Shown: positions 44,734 through 53,330 of the stretch, one piece after another | How the letters are laid out: each line of letters starts with the position of its first letter | How positions within the stretch are numbered: position 1 is the stretch's first letter | The notes under the pieces: generated by a model | Told to the model about the DNA's origin: nothing | Database searches by the model: none | What the model saw: only the letters and a program-made list of their open reading frames with translations | Position numbers and translations under genes: made by a program | Origin: an uncultured Holophagales bacterium | Lineage (GTDB): Bacteria; Acidobacteriota; Thermoanaerobaculia; Multivoradales; UBA5704 | DNA length: 64,000 nt | Reading direction: 5' to 3' | Assembly: GCA_963842525.1 (NCBI GenBank) | Contig: CAWJGT010000019.1 | Location: forward strand, 128,001-192,000

Positions 44734-45593
44734 GGGTTCACCTCCCCGGCAGGCAGCCGGGAGAAGGAGGTCAACTCGATCCCCGCCTCCCGCAGCAGCT
44801 CCGGCAGGCGCGGATCGCACAGCGCCGCCGTCTCCTCGTCCCAGCCGTAGCCCCAAGCATACTCGGCGGCGAGCGCATCCCCGCCCAGCCCCGGATGGCA
44901 GACGAATTCGGTGAGGTGGCCGGCGCCCTCCAGGCTGCGCCGCAGCCTCTCGACGGTGAGATGCCCAGCCTCCAGGACGCCGATCGTCCGCTCCGGGGCG
45001 GCCGGCCGGCGGGCGCTCTCCCACCGGCGCCGGGCTCGCCTCCCGAAGTGGTTGAGGACGGCGAGCTGGGCCGACCGGAGGCTCCAGGCCCCCGAGACCG
45101 CCGGCTCGTTCGGCAGCCGGACGTAGGGGATGCCGTGCTCTGCGGTCAGGCGGAGGACCACCTCGAAGACCTTCGGCAGCACGTGCAGGTGCTGATGGCT
45201 GTTGGCGTGGACGACCCGCAGGCCGGTGGCGAGCAGCCTCTCGATCTGCCGGCGCAGCTCGGTTTCGACCTGCACCGAGTCGACGCCGCCCAGAAAGTAG
45301 CGTGTGGCGAAGGCCCGGAAGCCGGGCAGGAAGGCGCCGTTCGGGCCCAGGAGCGAGCGGACCTCGTCCGGCGGCGCGAGCGGGCGTTCCTCCACGAGGA
45401 CCAGGTGGATGCCCACGTCCAGCCCATTGAGCCCGGACCGGTCGCGCAGCCTGTCAACGGCGTCCTCGAAGGCGCGGCCGTTGGCGGCCACGCTCACCGC
45501 CGTGACGATCCCGCCGTCGTGCGCCGCCAGGGCCCCGCGCGTCATGCCGGGGTGCAGGCCCACGTCGTCGGCGGTGACGATCAGCTTTTTCAA
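44730..45593 (-). CDS. YdjC/ChbG/HpnK-family carbohydrate deacetylase
   Basis: LIVTADDVG, VGIHL.L, HANSHQHLH and EFVCHPG motifs; TTG start overlaps the GT2 stop. Confidence 0.88.
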   Translation of the reverse strand: MKKLIVTADDVGLHPGMTRGALAAHDGGIVTAVSVAANGRAFEDAVDRLRDRSGLNGLDVGIHLVLVEERPLAPPDEVRSLLGPNGAFLPGFRAFATRYFLGGVDSVQVETELRRQIERLLATGLRVVHANSHQHLHVLPKVFEVVLRLTAEHGIPYVRLPNEPAVSGAWSLRSAQLAVLNHFGRRARRRWESARRPAAPERTIGVLEAGHLTVERLRRSLEGAGHLTEFVCHPGLGGDALAAEYAWGYGWDEETAALCDPRLPELLREAGIELTSFSRLPAGEVNP

Positions 45594-46363
45594 GAGCGCG
45601 ACGGGCTGGCCGCGGGCGCGGTAGGTGACGTAGCGTCGGGCTGCTCCCGGCGCCGCGGGTGGCGCATCTCGGGGTAGAGGCGGACCAGCTCGCGGAAGAT
45701 CTTGAGGATCACCGCCGGCGAGGAGAGGGTCGATCGGCCGCGCGTCCGGGGGAAGTAGTCGAGGCCGAGCTGCTGGATCACGAAGCCGAGGTTCTTCGCC
45801 TTGACGATCAGCTCGGCGTCGATGAGCGAGCCCTCCGACCGCAGCTCGACCGCCTCCAGCACCTCGCGGCGCATCAGCTTGAAGGAGAAATTGATGTCGC
45901 GGTGCGGCCAGCCGAAGAGGAGGCCGATCAGGGTGTTGTAGAAATAGGAGTAGACCGTCCGCCGGAAGCCCTCGGCGGTACGGTCGAGCCGGTAGCCCGC
46001 GATGAGGTCGGCCCGCGTGACGTCCAGCGCCCGGATCGCCCGGATCAGGTCGTGCGGATCGAACGGCAGGTCGGCGTCCATGTAGAGGGCCAGGTCCTTG
46101 GCGACCGCTGCATAGCCGGTGCGGAGGGTCGCGCCCAGCTTGCGGTTGACCTCGTGCTGCAGCAGGCGGATGCGCGGATCGGCCGCGGCCCTGCGGCGGA
46201 CGATCTCGGGCGAGCGGTCGGTCGATGCATCGTCCACGATGAGGACCTCGTAGTCGCCGCCATAGGCTTCGAGCGCCGCGACAGCGCAGTCGAGGGCGTG
46301 CTCGATGCTCTCCTCTTCGTTGAACATCGGGATGACGAGCGAGACGGACCACGGCCTTGGCAT
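45590..46363 (-). CDS. GT2 polyprenol-phosphate glycosyltransferase (DPM1/ArnC-like)
   Basis: VIPMFNEE, IVDDASTD, YMDAD and D.NFSFKL.RR motifs. Confidence 0.9.
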   Translation of the reverse strand: MPRPWSVSLVIPMFNEEESIEHALDCAVAALEAYGGDYEVLIVDDASTDRSPEIVRRRAAADPRIRLLQHEVNRKLGATLRTGYAAVAKDLALYMDADLPFDPHDLIRAIRALDVTRADLIAGYRLDRTAEGFRRTVYSYFYNTLIGLLFGWPHRDINFSFKLMRREVLEAVELRSEGSLIDAELIVKAKNLGFVIQQLGLDYFPRTRGRSTLSSPAVILKIFRELVRLYPEMRHPRRREQPDATSPTAPAASPSRS

Positions 46364-46375
46364 GATGGCATCACC

Positions 46376-48235
46376 TCAGCGGTCGAGCTGCTCCACGTCG
46401 AGGAGCTGCACGGCCAGTCGGCGCCGGTCGGCGGCGTTGAGACCGGCCTCCGCCGGCACGAAGGATGCGCTCGACCGGAACGAGATGTCCACTGTCTCGG
46501 CGGCGGGGAGCGGCAGCACGAGCCGCTGCTGCTCTCCGCGCCGGACCTCCACGGAGGCGCCGGAGGCCCCGTCCACCGAGAGATCGACCCGGACGGACGG
46601 CCAGGGTGCCAGCTTGGACAGGCCCAGCGTCAGGGCGACGGCACGGTTCCCATGCGGGAAGACGCGGATCACGGCCTCGGGCTCCATCCATCGCCAGCCG
46701 CGCTCCCGGACGGTGGGCTCGTAGTCGTGGACTCCGCGCACCGCCTGATAGCGCCGGCGGGGCGGAACCGGGCTCACCGTGACCACACGGTAGAGGCCGC
46801 GGGTGAGCTTGCCGTACGCATCGCTCGCCGGCCACTGAAACGTCAGCGCCCCCTCCCAGCCGCTCGTCCCATCCCCGTAGAGGAAGGCCGGCATGCCCCG
46901 CCGGCCGGGATGGCGTTGGAGCCCTTCCTCCACCGGGTAGCGGGTGCGCCGAGGGATGAGATAGGAGGCATGTGCGGCGAGGTCTTTGTCGACCAGGACC
47001 ACCGTGCCGGCGGGAGCCGACTCCCGGATCCAGCGTGCCGCCTGCGCCGGCGGCGAGTCGGTCGTGGTCCGGGCCACGAGGAGGGGCCAGGCGAACGCCA
47101 CGCAGCCGGCGGCGATCAGCGCGGTAGCCCCGTAAGCCGTGGCCGGCACCCGGAGACGCCGCGCCAGAGCCTCGCATCCGATTCCGGCGGCAAACGCGAC
47201 TCCGAGCAGGGCCGGCAGCGCATAGCGGACGCCGTCGTCGGGGTTCATGACCAGGAGACAGAACGCCAGCTCGATCGCCGTCAGGACGGCGAGCGGCAGG
47301 ACGCGCCGGTTGCGGATCAGGAGGACGGAGCCGACCGCCGCCAGGGCGAGCACCGGCAGCGACGTCCAGCGGTCCCCCCAGGGATGAGCCACGAAACGGG
47401 ACGCGATCCGGATCGCCGACCGGCCCGCCCGGGGGAGGTCCGCATCGTAGGTCACGACGAGCCCGGCCTGCTTGCCGAGCAGCGCCAGGAGGCCGGAGAC
47501 GCCGCCCACCGCGGAGACCAGAGGGACGAACCAGAGCAGCGAGACGGCCGTAAAGGCGGAGATGGCGCCGATCGCCGTGGCGATCCGCCGCCGGCTCGGG
47601 GCGAGCCAGAGAGCCGCCGCCGTCATGGGCAGGACCGAGAGGCAGAGCTGCGGCCGGCAGCCGATCGCCGCCGAAGCGAAGACTCCGAGGGCGAGCGCCG
47701 GACGCAGCGAAGCGCTCTCCGGCAGGCGCGCGGCAGCGGCCAGGGCGAGCGACAGGAACATCAGCGCCGGCCCGTCGGACAGCGCCAGCGGACCGTAGAC
47801 CAGCATCGAAGGCATGAAGTGGAAGAGCAGGGCTCCCGCCACCGCGGCCCGCTCGGCTGCCGCCATCCTCTCCACCGGCATTCTCTCTGCCGGCACCTGG
47901 TCCGCAGGGAGGGCGAAGCGGCGGAAGGCCGAGACGAGCGCGGCATAGGAAACCAGCGATGCGATCACGTTGAGGGCCACGAGGCTGACGAACGGATCGC
48001 CCACGAGCATATTGACCAGCTTGCCCAGGCCGATGAGGAGCGGATAGCCCGGCGGGTGCGGGCTGTGGTGGAGGGGGTCGAAGTGCAGGATGCCCCGGAC
48101 GAAGAGGATCTCGTCCCACTCCCAGAGGCTCCGCGGGAGGGTGAGCAGGCGTACCGCGGCCACCGCGAAGAAACCGAGGATCGCGGCCGGAGACGGGCGC
48201 ACCCGTGCGAAGAGCGGACGTGTCGAGGCCTGCAT
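46376..48235 (-). CDS. Multi-TM GT-C glycosyltransferase (ArnT/PMT-like) with periplasmic C-terminal domain
   Basis: WEWDEILF…FDP..H.PHPPGYP in the first loop; about 11 TM segments; RYALP. Confidence 0.7.
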   Translation of the reverse strand: MQASTRPLFARVRPSPAAILGFFAVAAVRLLTLPRSLWEWDEILFVRGILHFDPLHHSPHPPGYPLLIGLGKLVNMLVGDPFVSLVALNVIASLVSYAALVSAFRRFALPADQVPAERMPVERMAAAERAAVAGALLFHFMPSMLVYGPLALSDGPALMFLSLALAAAARLPESASLRPALALGVFASAAIGCRPQLCLSVLPMTAAALWLAPSRRRIATAIGAISAFTAVSLLWFVPLVSAVGGVSGLLALLGKQAGLVVTYDADLPRAGRSAIRIASRFVAHPWGDRWTSLPVLALAAVGSVLLIRNRRVLPLAVLTAIELAFCLLVMNPDDGVRYALPALLGVAFAAGIGCEALARRLRVPATAYGATALIAAGCVAFAWPLLVARTTTDSPPAQAARWIRESAPAGTVVLVDKDLAAHASYLIPRRTRYPVEEGLQRHPGRRGMPAFLYGDGTSGWEGALTFQWPASDAYGKLTRGLYRVVTVSPVPPRRRYQAVRGVHDYEPTVRERGWRWMEPEAVIRVFPHGNRAVALTLGLSKLAPWPSVRVDLSVDGASGASVEVRRGEQQRLVLPLPAAETVDISFRSSASFVPAEAGLNAADRRRLAVQLLDVEQLDR

Positions 48236-48270
48236 AGCGGGACGAGAGGCGCGGATTATATCCTCTCCGC

Positions 48271-48915
48271 ATGCCAATTGGGTTCGTCGACGCTTTCTCC
48301 CTGATCCGCCGTGCGTCTGCAGGAGCGCCGCTGCCGGCCCGCGCCCACGTCCTCGGGCGGTTCCTCACCTGCCCCTTCCTGCGGGTTCTCGACTTCCTGC
48401 CGCCGGGAGCGCGCGTCCTCGACCTCGGCGCCGGGCATGGCACCTTCGCGCGTCTCGCCGTCGAGCATCGTGCCGCGCGGGTGGTCGCCGTCGAGCCGGA
48501 TCTGCAGAAAGTCCTGTCCACCTTCCGGCATCCAAGCATCGGCTTCGTGTCGGGCTACGGCGACGCGGTCTCGGGGGAGTTCAACGCCGTGACGGTCTTC
48601 GACGTCCTCTGCCGCGTGCCGATCTCCGGCTGGGAAGCGATCCTCCGGACGGCCTTCGACCGGCTGGCTCCGGGAGGGATCTTCCTGTTGAAGGAGATCG
48701 ACCCCGAGCACCGCCTCAAGGGCATGTGGAACCGCACCCAGGAGCGGATTGCGGACCTCCTCGGGATGACCCTGGGGGATGCCTTCAGCTACGAGACCCG
48801 CGAGCAGGTCCGCGCCCGCCTCGAACGCCTCGGCTTCGATCGTTTCGAGGCGATCGACCTCGGCGCCGGCTATCCCCATGCCCACATCCTCTACCTGGCG
48901 CGGCGGCCGGGATAG
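48271..48915 (+). CDS. Class I SAM-dependent methyltransferase
   Basis: VLDLGAGHG motif I; L.PGG.FLLKE. Confidence 0.85.
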   Translation: MPIGFVDAFSLIRRASAGAPLPARAHVLGRFLTCPFLRVLDFLPPGARVLDLGAGHGTFARLAVEHRAARVVAVEPDLQKVLSTFRHPSIGFVSGYGDAVSGEFNAVTVFDVLCRVPISGWEAILRTAFDRLAPGGIFLLKEIDPEHRLKGMWNRTQERIADLLGMTLGDAFSYETREQVRARLERLGFDRFEAIDLGAGYPHAHILYLARRPG

Positions 48916-48928
48916 GAACGGCGCCGGG

Positions 48929-49654
48929 TCAGCTCTCCCGCAACATCTCCGCCGCCTCGGCCGGTCCGACCTCCAGGGTCCAGGGCCCCTGCCGCGTCGG
49001 CTGGCGCATCGCGCGCTCGAGCAGCGTGAGGAAGCGGGACCGCGGCCACTCCACGGCACCGAAGCTGGCGAGGTGCTCGGTGTAGCTCTGGCAGTCCACC
49101 AGGTCGAAGCCCCAGCACATGAGGTTGGCGACCAGGGTGGCGAAGGCGACCTTCGAGGCGTTGGGGACCTCCGCGACCATCGATTCGCCGAAGAAGACCG
49201 ATCCCAGGGAGATGCCGTAGAGGCCGCCGGCGAGCTTGCCGTCCTGCCAGGCCTCGATGGAGTGGGCGAGCCCTTCCTTGTGCAGGGCGGTGTAGCCGGA
49301 GATCATGTCCCTGGAGATCCAGGTGCCGTCCTGGCCCGGACGGGGCTTGCGGGCACAGGCCTGCATGACCTCGCGGAAGGCCGTGTCCGCCCTGACCTCG
49401 AAGGCGCCGCGGCGCATCTCCTTGCGCAGCGAGCGGGAGACGTGGGTCTCCTCCGGCACCAGGACGAAGCGCGGGTCGGGGCAGAACCAGAGGAGCGGCA
49501 CCCCCGCGTGCGGCCAGGGGAAGATCCCCCGCCCATACGCCTCCTTCAGGGTCGCGGCATCGGGCCGTCCCCCCACCGCGATCACGCCCTCGGGCGAGGC
49601 CCAACTCGCGGGAGGGAAGAGGATGCGTCGGCGGCGGGCGAGGAAGGACGGCAT
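48929..49654 (-). CDS. aat: Leucyl/phenylalanyl-tRNA--protein transferase
   Basis: AY.RGIFPW, WFCPDPR, TWI, AHSIE.W, GGLYG, FFGESM, ASKVA and DCQ motifs. Confidence 0.95.
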   Translation of the reverse strand: MPSFLARRRRILFPPASWASPEGVIAVGGRPDAATLKEAYGRGIFPWPHAGVPLLWFCPDPRFVLVPEETHVSRSLRKEMRRGAFEVRADTAFREVMQACARKPRPGQDGTWISRDMISGYTALHKEGLAHSIEAWQDGKLAGGLYGISLGSVFFGESMVAEVPNASKVAFATLVANLMCWGFDLVDCQSYTEHLASFGAVEWPRSRFLTLLERAMRQPTRQGPWTLEVGPAEAAEMLRES

Positions 49655-49750
49655 GCGGCTCCCCGGGATTATAGGAGCCAAGCAGGATGAAACAGGCGCA
49701 CAGTAGGCCGTGTCTGAGTCCGTGGTATGACTCCGGCTTCGGGAGGACAG

Positions 49751-49984
49751 ATGCGCATTACCAGCAAGGGGCAGGTCACAATTCCCGTCGAAATCCGAGA
49801 GCGCCTGGGATTCTTGCCTCACACCGAGGTGCGCTTCGAGGTGGAAGGCAACGCCGTCCGGATCATCCGTGCGGAGACATCAGCCGGAGGTCGGGGACAG
49901 AGGCTGTTGGACCGGATGCGGGGGCGGGCCACATCGGGGATGAGCACCGGGGAGATCATGGCTCTGACACGCCAGGAAAACTGA
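49751..49984 (+). CDS. AbrB/MazE-type antitoxin (VapB)
   Basis: MRITSKGQVTIP.EIRE.LG; GGAGG RBS. Confidence 0.9.
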   Translation: MRITSKGQVTIPVEIRERLGFLPHTEVRFEVEGNAVRIIRAETSAGGRGQRLLDRMRGRATSGMSTGEIMALTRQEN

Positions 49985-50454
49985 GCGGCGTTCTCGTCGA
50001 CAGCAATGTAATCCTCGATGTAGTGACCGATAATCCTCAGTGGGGGGAGTGGTCTTCCTCCATGCTCGCCCGCTGTGCCGAGAACGGTATCCTGGTCATT
50101 AATCCGATCATCTACGCGGAGGTTTCAGTCGGGTTCGAGCGCATCGAGGATCTCGACGAGATCCTCCCTGCGGATTCGTTCCGCCGGGACCCGCTGCCTT
50201 GGGAGGCCGCCTTCCTTGCCGGTAAATGTTTTCTCGCCTATCGGCGCCGGGGTGGGTCACGTCGTTCGCCCTTGCCCGATTTCTACATCGGCGCCCATGC
50301 GGCCATCACAGGACTGCCCCTCGTGACTCGGGATGCTCGCCGCTACCGCACCTACTTTCCCCATCTGACCCTCCTTGCTCCAGAGGAGAAAAGGTGGAAG
50401 GCTCACCGCACAAGCCCGGCGATGAATCGCCGGGCTAGGAACAGCGCCCCATGA
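49981..50454 (+). CDS. PIN-domain VapC toxin
   Basis: VLVDSNVILD, IIYAE, LPDFYIGAHA and LVTRD motifs; apparent CTG start overlapping the antitoxin stop; C-terminus runs into a REP. Confidence 0.88.
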   Translation: MSGVLVDSNVILDVVTDNPQWGEWSSSMLARCAENGILVINPIIYAEVSVGFERIEDLDEILPADSFRRDPLPWEAAFLAGKCFLAYRRRGGSRRSPLPDFYIGAHAAITGLPLVTRDARRYRTYFPHLTLLAPEEKRWKAHRTSPAMNRRARNSAP

Positions 50455-50518
50455 ATGGGGCTTGAAGCCGGGTTCACCCGGCGCTGTTCCTAGCCCGGGT
50501 ATTCATGCCCGGGCGGGC
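50412..50518. repeat. REP inverted doublet between convergent vapC and histidine kinase genes
   Basis: agcccggcgatgaatcgccgggctaggaacagcgcc … ggcgctgttcctagcccgggtattcatgcccggg; contains the stop codons of both genes. Confidence 0.75.
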
Positions 50519-53019
50519 TCATCGGCAGCCGCACCTCGAACTCGCTTCCCCTTCCCTCCCCTTCGCTGCGGGCGGTGACCCGGCCGCCGTGCATCTCGAC
50601 GAGGCTGCGCACGAGGGTCAAGCCAATGCCGAGGCCGGCGCCGGTGCGGTCCAGCCCCTGATCGCCCTGGACGAAGAGATCGAAGACCCGCGGCAGGAGC
50701 TCCGGCGCGATCCCTTTGCCGTCGTCGCGGACGCACAGCACGGCCTCGCCCTGGTCGGCGAAGACGAAGACGTCGATCCGGCCGCCCGGGTCTGTGTACT
50801 TGGCGGCGTTGCGCAGGAGGTTGCCCACCACCTGCTCGAGGCGGGTGTTGTCGCCGTCGACCGGCAGGGGCTGCGGCGGGAGGTCGAGCCGCAGTTGGTG
50901 CCGCTGGGCTTCGAGCACCGGGCGCGAGCTTCTCCACGGCATGCTGCACCACTTCGCTCAGGTCGAGGGGCTGGCGCCGCAGCTCCACTTTGCCGCGGGT
51001 GATGCGGGAGACGTCCAGCAGGTCGTCGACCAGCCGGCCGAGGTGCTGGATCTGGCGCTGGATGATGCCCACGGCGCGCTCCTGGGTCGGGGTGAGCGGA
51101 CCGGCCTGATCGAGCAGGTAGGCGGCGTTGGCGATGGCGCCCAGGGGGTTGCGCAGCTCGTGGGCGAGCATGGCCAGGAACTCGTCCTTGCGGCGGTCGG
51201 ACTCGGCCAGCGCCTCGGCGCGGGCGCGCAGCTCGGCCGCCAGCCGCTCGCTCTCGCGGGTGCGTTCGGCCAGGCGGTTGCGCATCTCGCCGAAGGCGGC
51301 GGAGAGGCGGCATACCTCGGAGATGTCGCTGCTGCCGAGCGGTGCCGCGGGATTGCCCGCGGTCATCTGGCTCACGGCGTCGGCCAGGGTGCCGAGCGGG
51401 TGGGCGATCCGCCGCGCCGCGAAGATGCCGCCGGCGACGGCCACGGGCACGACCGCGAGGAGCAAAAGGAAAGCGAGATCCCGCCCCCTGCGGACCCCCG
51501 CGAGCGCGGCCTGCCGCGGCATATCGACGGCCACGGCCCAGCCGATGTACGGGACCTGGGCATAGGCGGCGAGGCGTCCGGCCGGCGAGGGCTTCTCGCC
51601 GCGGAAGACCCGCGCGTCCCAGTCCGTAGGCAGCCGCGGTCCCCGCCTGGCAAGCGGCGCCTTCTCGCTGCTGGCGATCGTCTGCCCGTGACCGTCCGCC
51701 AGGTAGGTGTTCGAGCGGGGCCTCTCGATCCGCCGCTCCAGCGCTTCGGCGTCGACGACGCCCACCAGCACGCCCGCGGGACGGTTGTCGAGCCCTCGCA
51801 CCGGCGCGCAGAGGAGGATGCGCAGGCGCCTCTTGCCGGGCACGTGGGCGAGCTGCACGACGACGCGGTCGTTGTCCTGGGCGCCCGCTGCGACCTCGGG
51901 CCAGCGGACCGCGCTGAGGTCGACCGCTCCCCGGGCGGCCACGACCCGGCCTGCCGGATCGAGCCGGACCAGCGCCTCGAGATCGGGATAGACCTCGAGC
52001 GTCCGGCCGAGGAAGTCATGCACGGCCGCGGTGGACGGCGGCACGCGGCCGGCCACGGCGGCGATCGTCGCGGCACGGGCCGCGCTGAGTTGGATGTAGT
52101 CGGCGACGTTGCGCGCGATCGCCTGCGCCTCGACCTGGCGGGTTTCGGTCACCTGTGCGATGGCGAGCCGCTCCTCCTGGTTGGTGGCGACGGCCGCCGT
52201 GAGGATGAGGGCGAGGGACGTGGCGGTCGCCAGGACGAGGGCGAGGCGGGTACGCAACGCCGCGGTGTCGATCTTGCCCAGACCGCGCGACAGCCAGGGG
52301 AGCAGGGCAAGGCCGAGGCCCAGGCCGAGCGATCCGGCAAGCCCGGTCCACGAGCGGCGGGGCAGGGAGAAGGCCAGCCCATACCAGGCATAGGCCGCGC
52401 CCGTGATCACGTGGGCGGTCCAGAGCAGCCGGCGAGGGGCCGCAGGGCGCAGGTGAGCAACCCCGAGGAGGACTCCGCCGAGCAAGAGGACCACCCCCAG
52501 CTCCGCCAGCCCGCCCCGGTGGACGTCGAAGTAGGCTCCGAACATCCGCGGCAGCAGGAGCATGAGGAGGCCGCTCACCGCGGCGATCGATCCCATCAGC
52601 AGGGCGAACAGGTCGGCGGCGGGCTCCCGCAGCGGTCGCACGGGCGCCACCAGGCCGGCGACCACGGTCCCCGTGCCCAGGATCAGGTGGAAGATGAATC
52701 CCGTCCAGATCCCCGTCTGGCTCAGGCTGGCGGCCAGGGCCAGCAGGGTCCCGCCGGCCAGGACGTGGGCGAAGGCGGTCGCGATCCGCCCGGGCCGGAG
52801 GACGGCTACCGAGAGCAGCGCCACGCCGGCGGCGAGCGCCGTGCCCCCCCAGAGACCCCGGTAGGGGAGGAGGACCTGGTAGGCCGGCCCGGCGAAACGG
52901 TGCGGGGCCACCAGGACGAAGGCACCGACGAAGGCGCAGAAGAGCCCGATGGCCCAGCGCAGACTCTCCGCGCTGAGGCCGGGGCCGGAGCGGAACGGCT
53001 CGTCGCTGTGGTCCTTCAC
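50490..53019 (-). CDS. Membrane sensor histidine kinase (multi-TM, Cache, HAMP, HisKA, HATPase; apparent +1 frameshift near 50931)
   Basis: [14 protein letters not shown]-box; N-box [10 protein letters not shown]1 D.GKGI, F and G2 GLGIGL boxes in the 50490..50942 frame. Confidence 0.88.
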
Positions 53020-53042
53020 AACTGGAAAGATATATCCGCTGA

Positions 53043-53258
53043 GAGGGTGTTTGGAAAATTCTGCTGGGGGCGTCGCTTTGGTCCCTCACCCCCGGCCCCT
53101 CTCCCATCCGCACACCCTTCCCCCGGGAGAGGGGAGAAATGCATGATCAGGAAGCTCCTGAGTGGGGGCTCCCCTCTCCCGGGCGGGTGTGAGTGCGGAT
53201 GGGAGAGGGGCCGGGGGTGAGGGACCGGGGCTCGCGCAGGAATTTCCCAAACACCCGC
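53043..53258. mobile_element. MITE: 19-bp terminal inverted repeats, TGA target duplication, internal family-1 REP doublet
   Basis: TGA|GAGGGTGTTTGGAAAATTC … GAATTTCCCAAACACCCGC|TGA (17/19 match); doublet at 53083-53223. Confidence 0.75.
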
Positions 53259-53330
53259 TGAGACGCTCCGGTAGAATCCCGGCAACTTTTTTCGACCGGC
53301 CGCGTATCGCGGCCGAGGAGCCGCCTTCAA

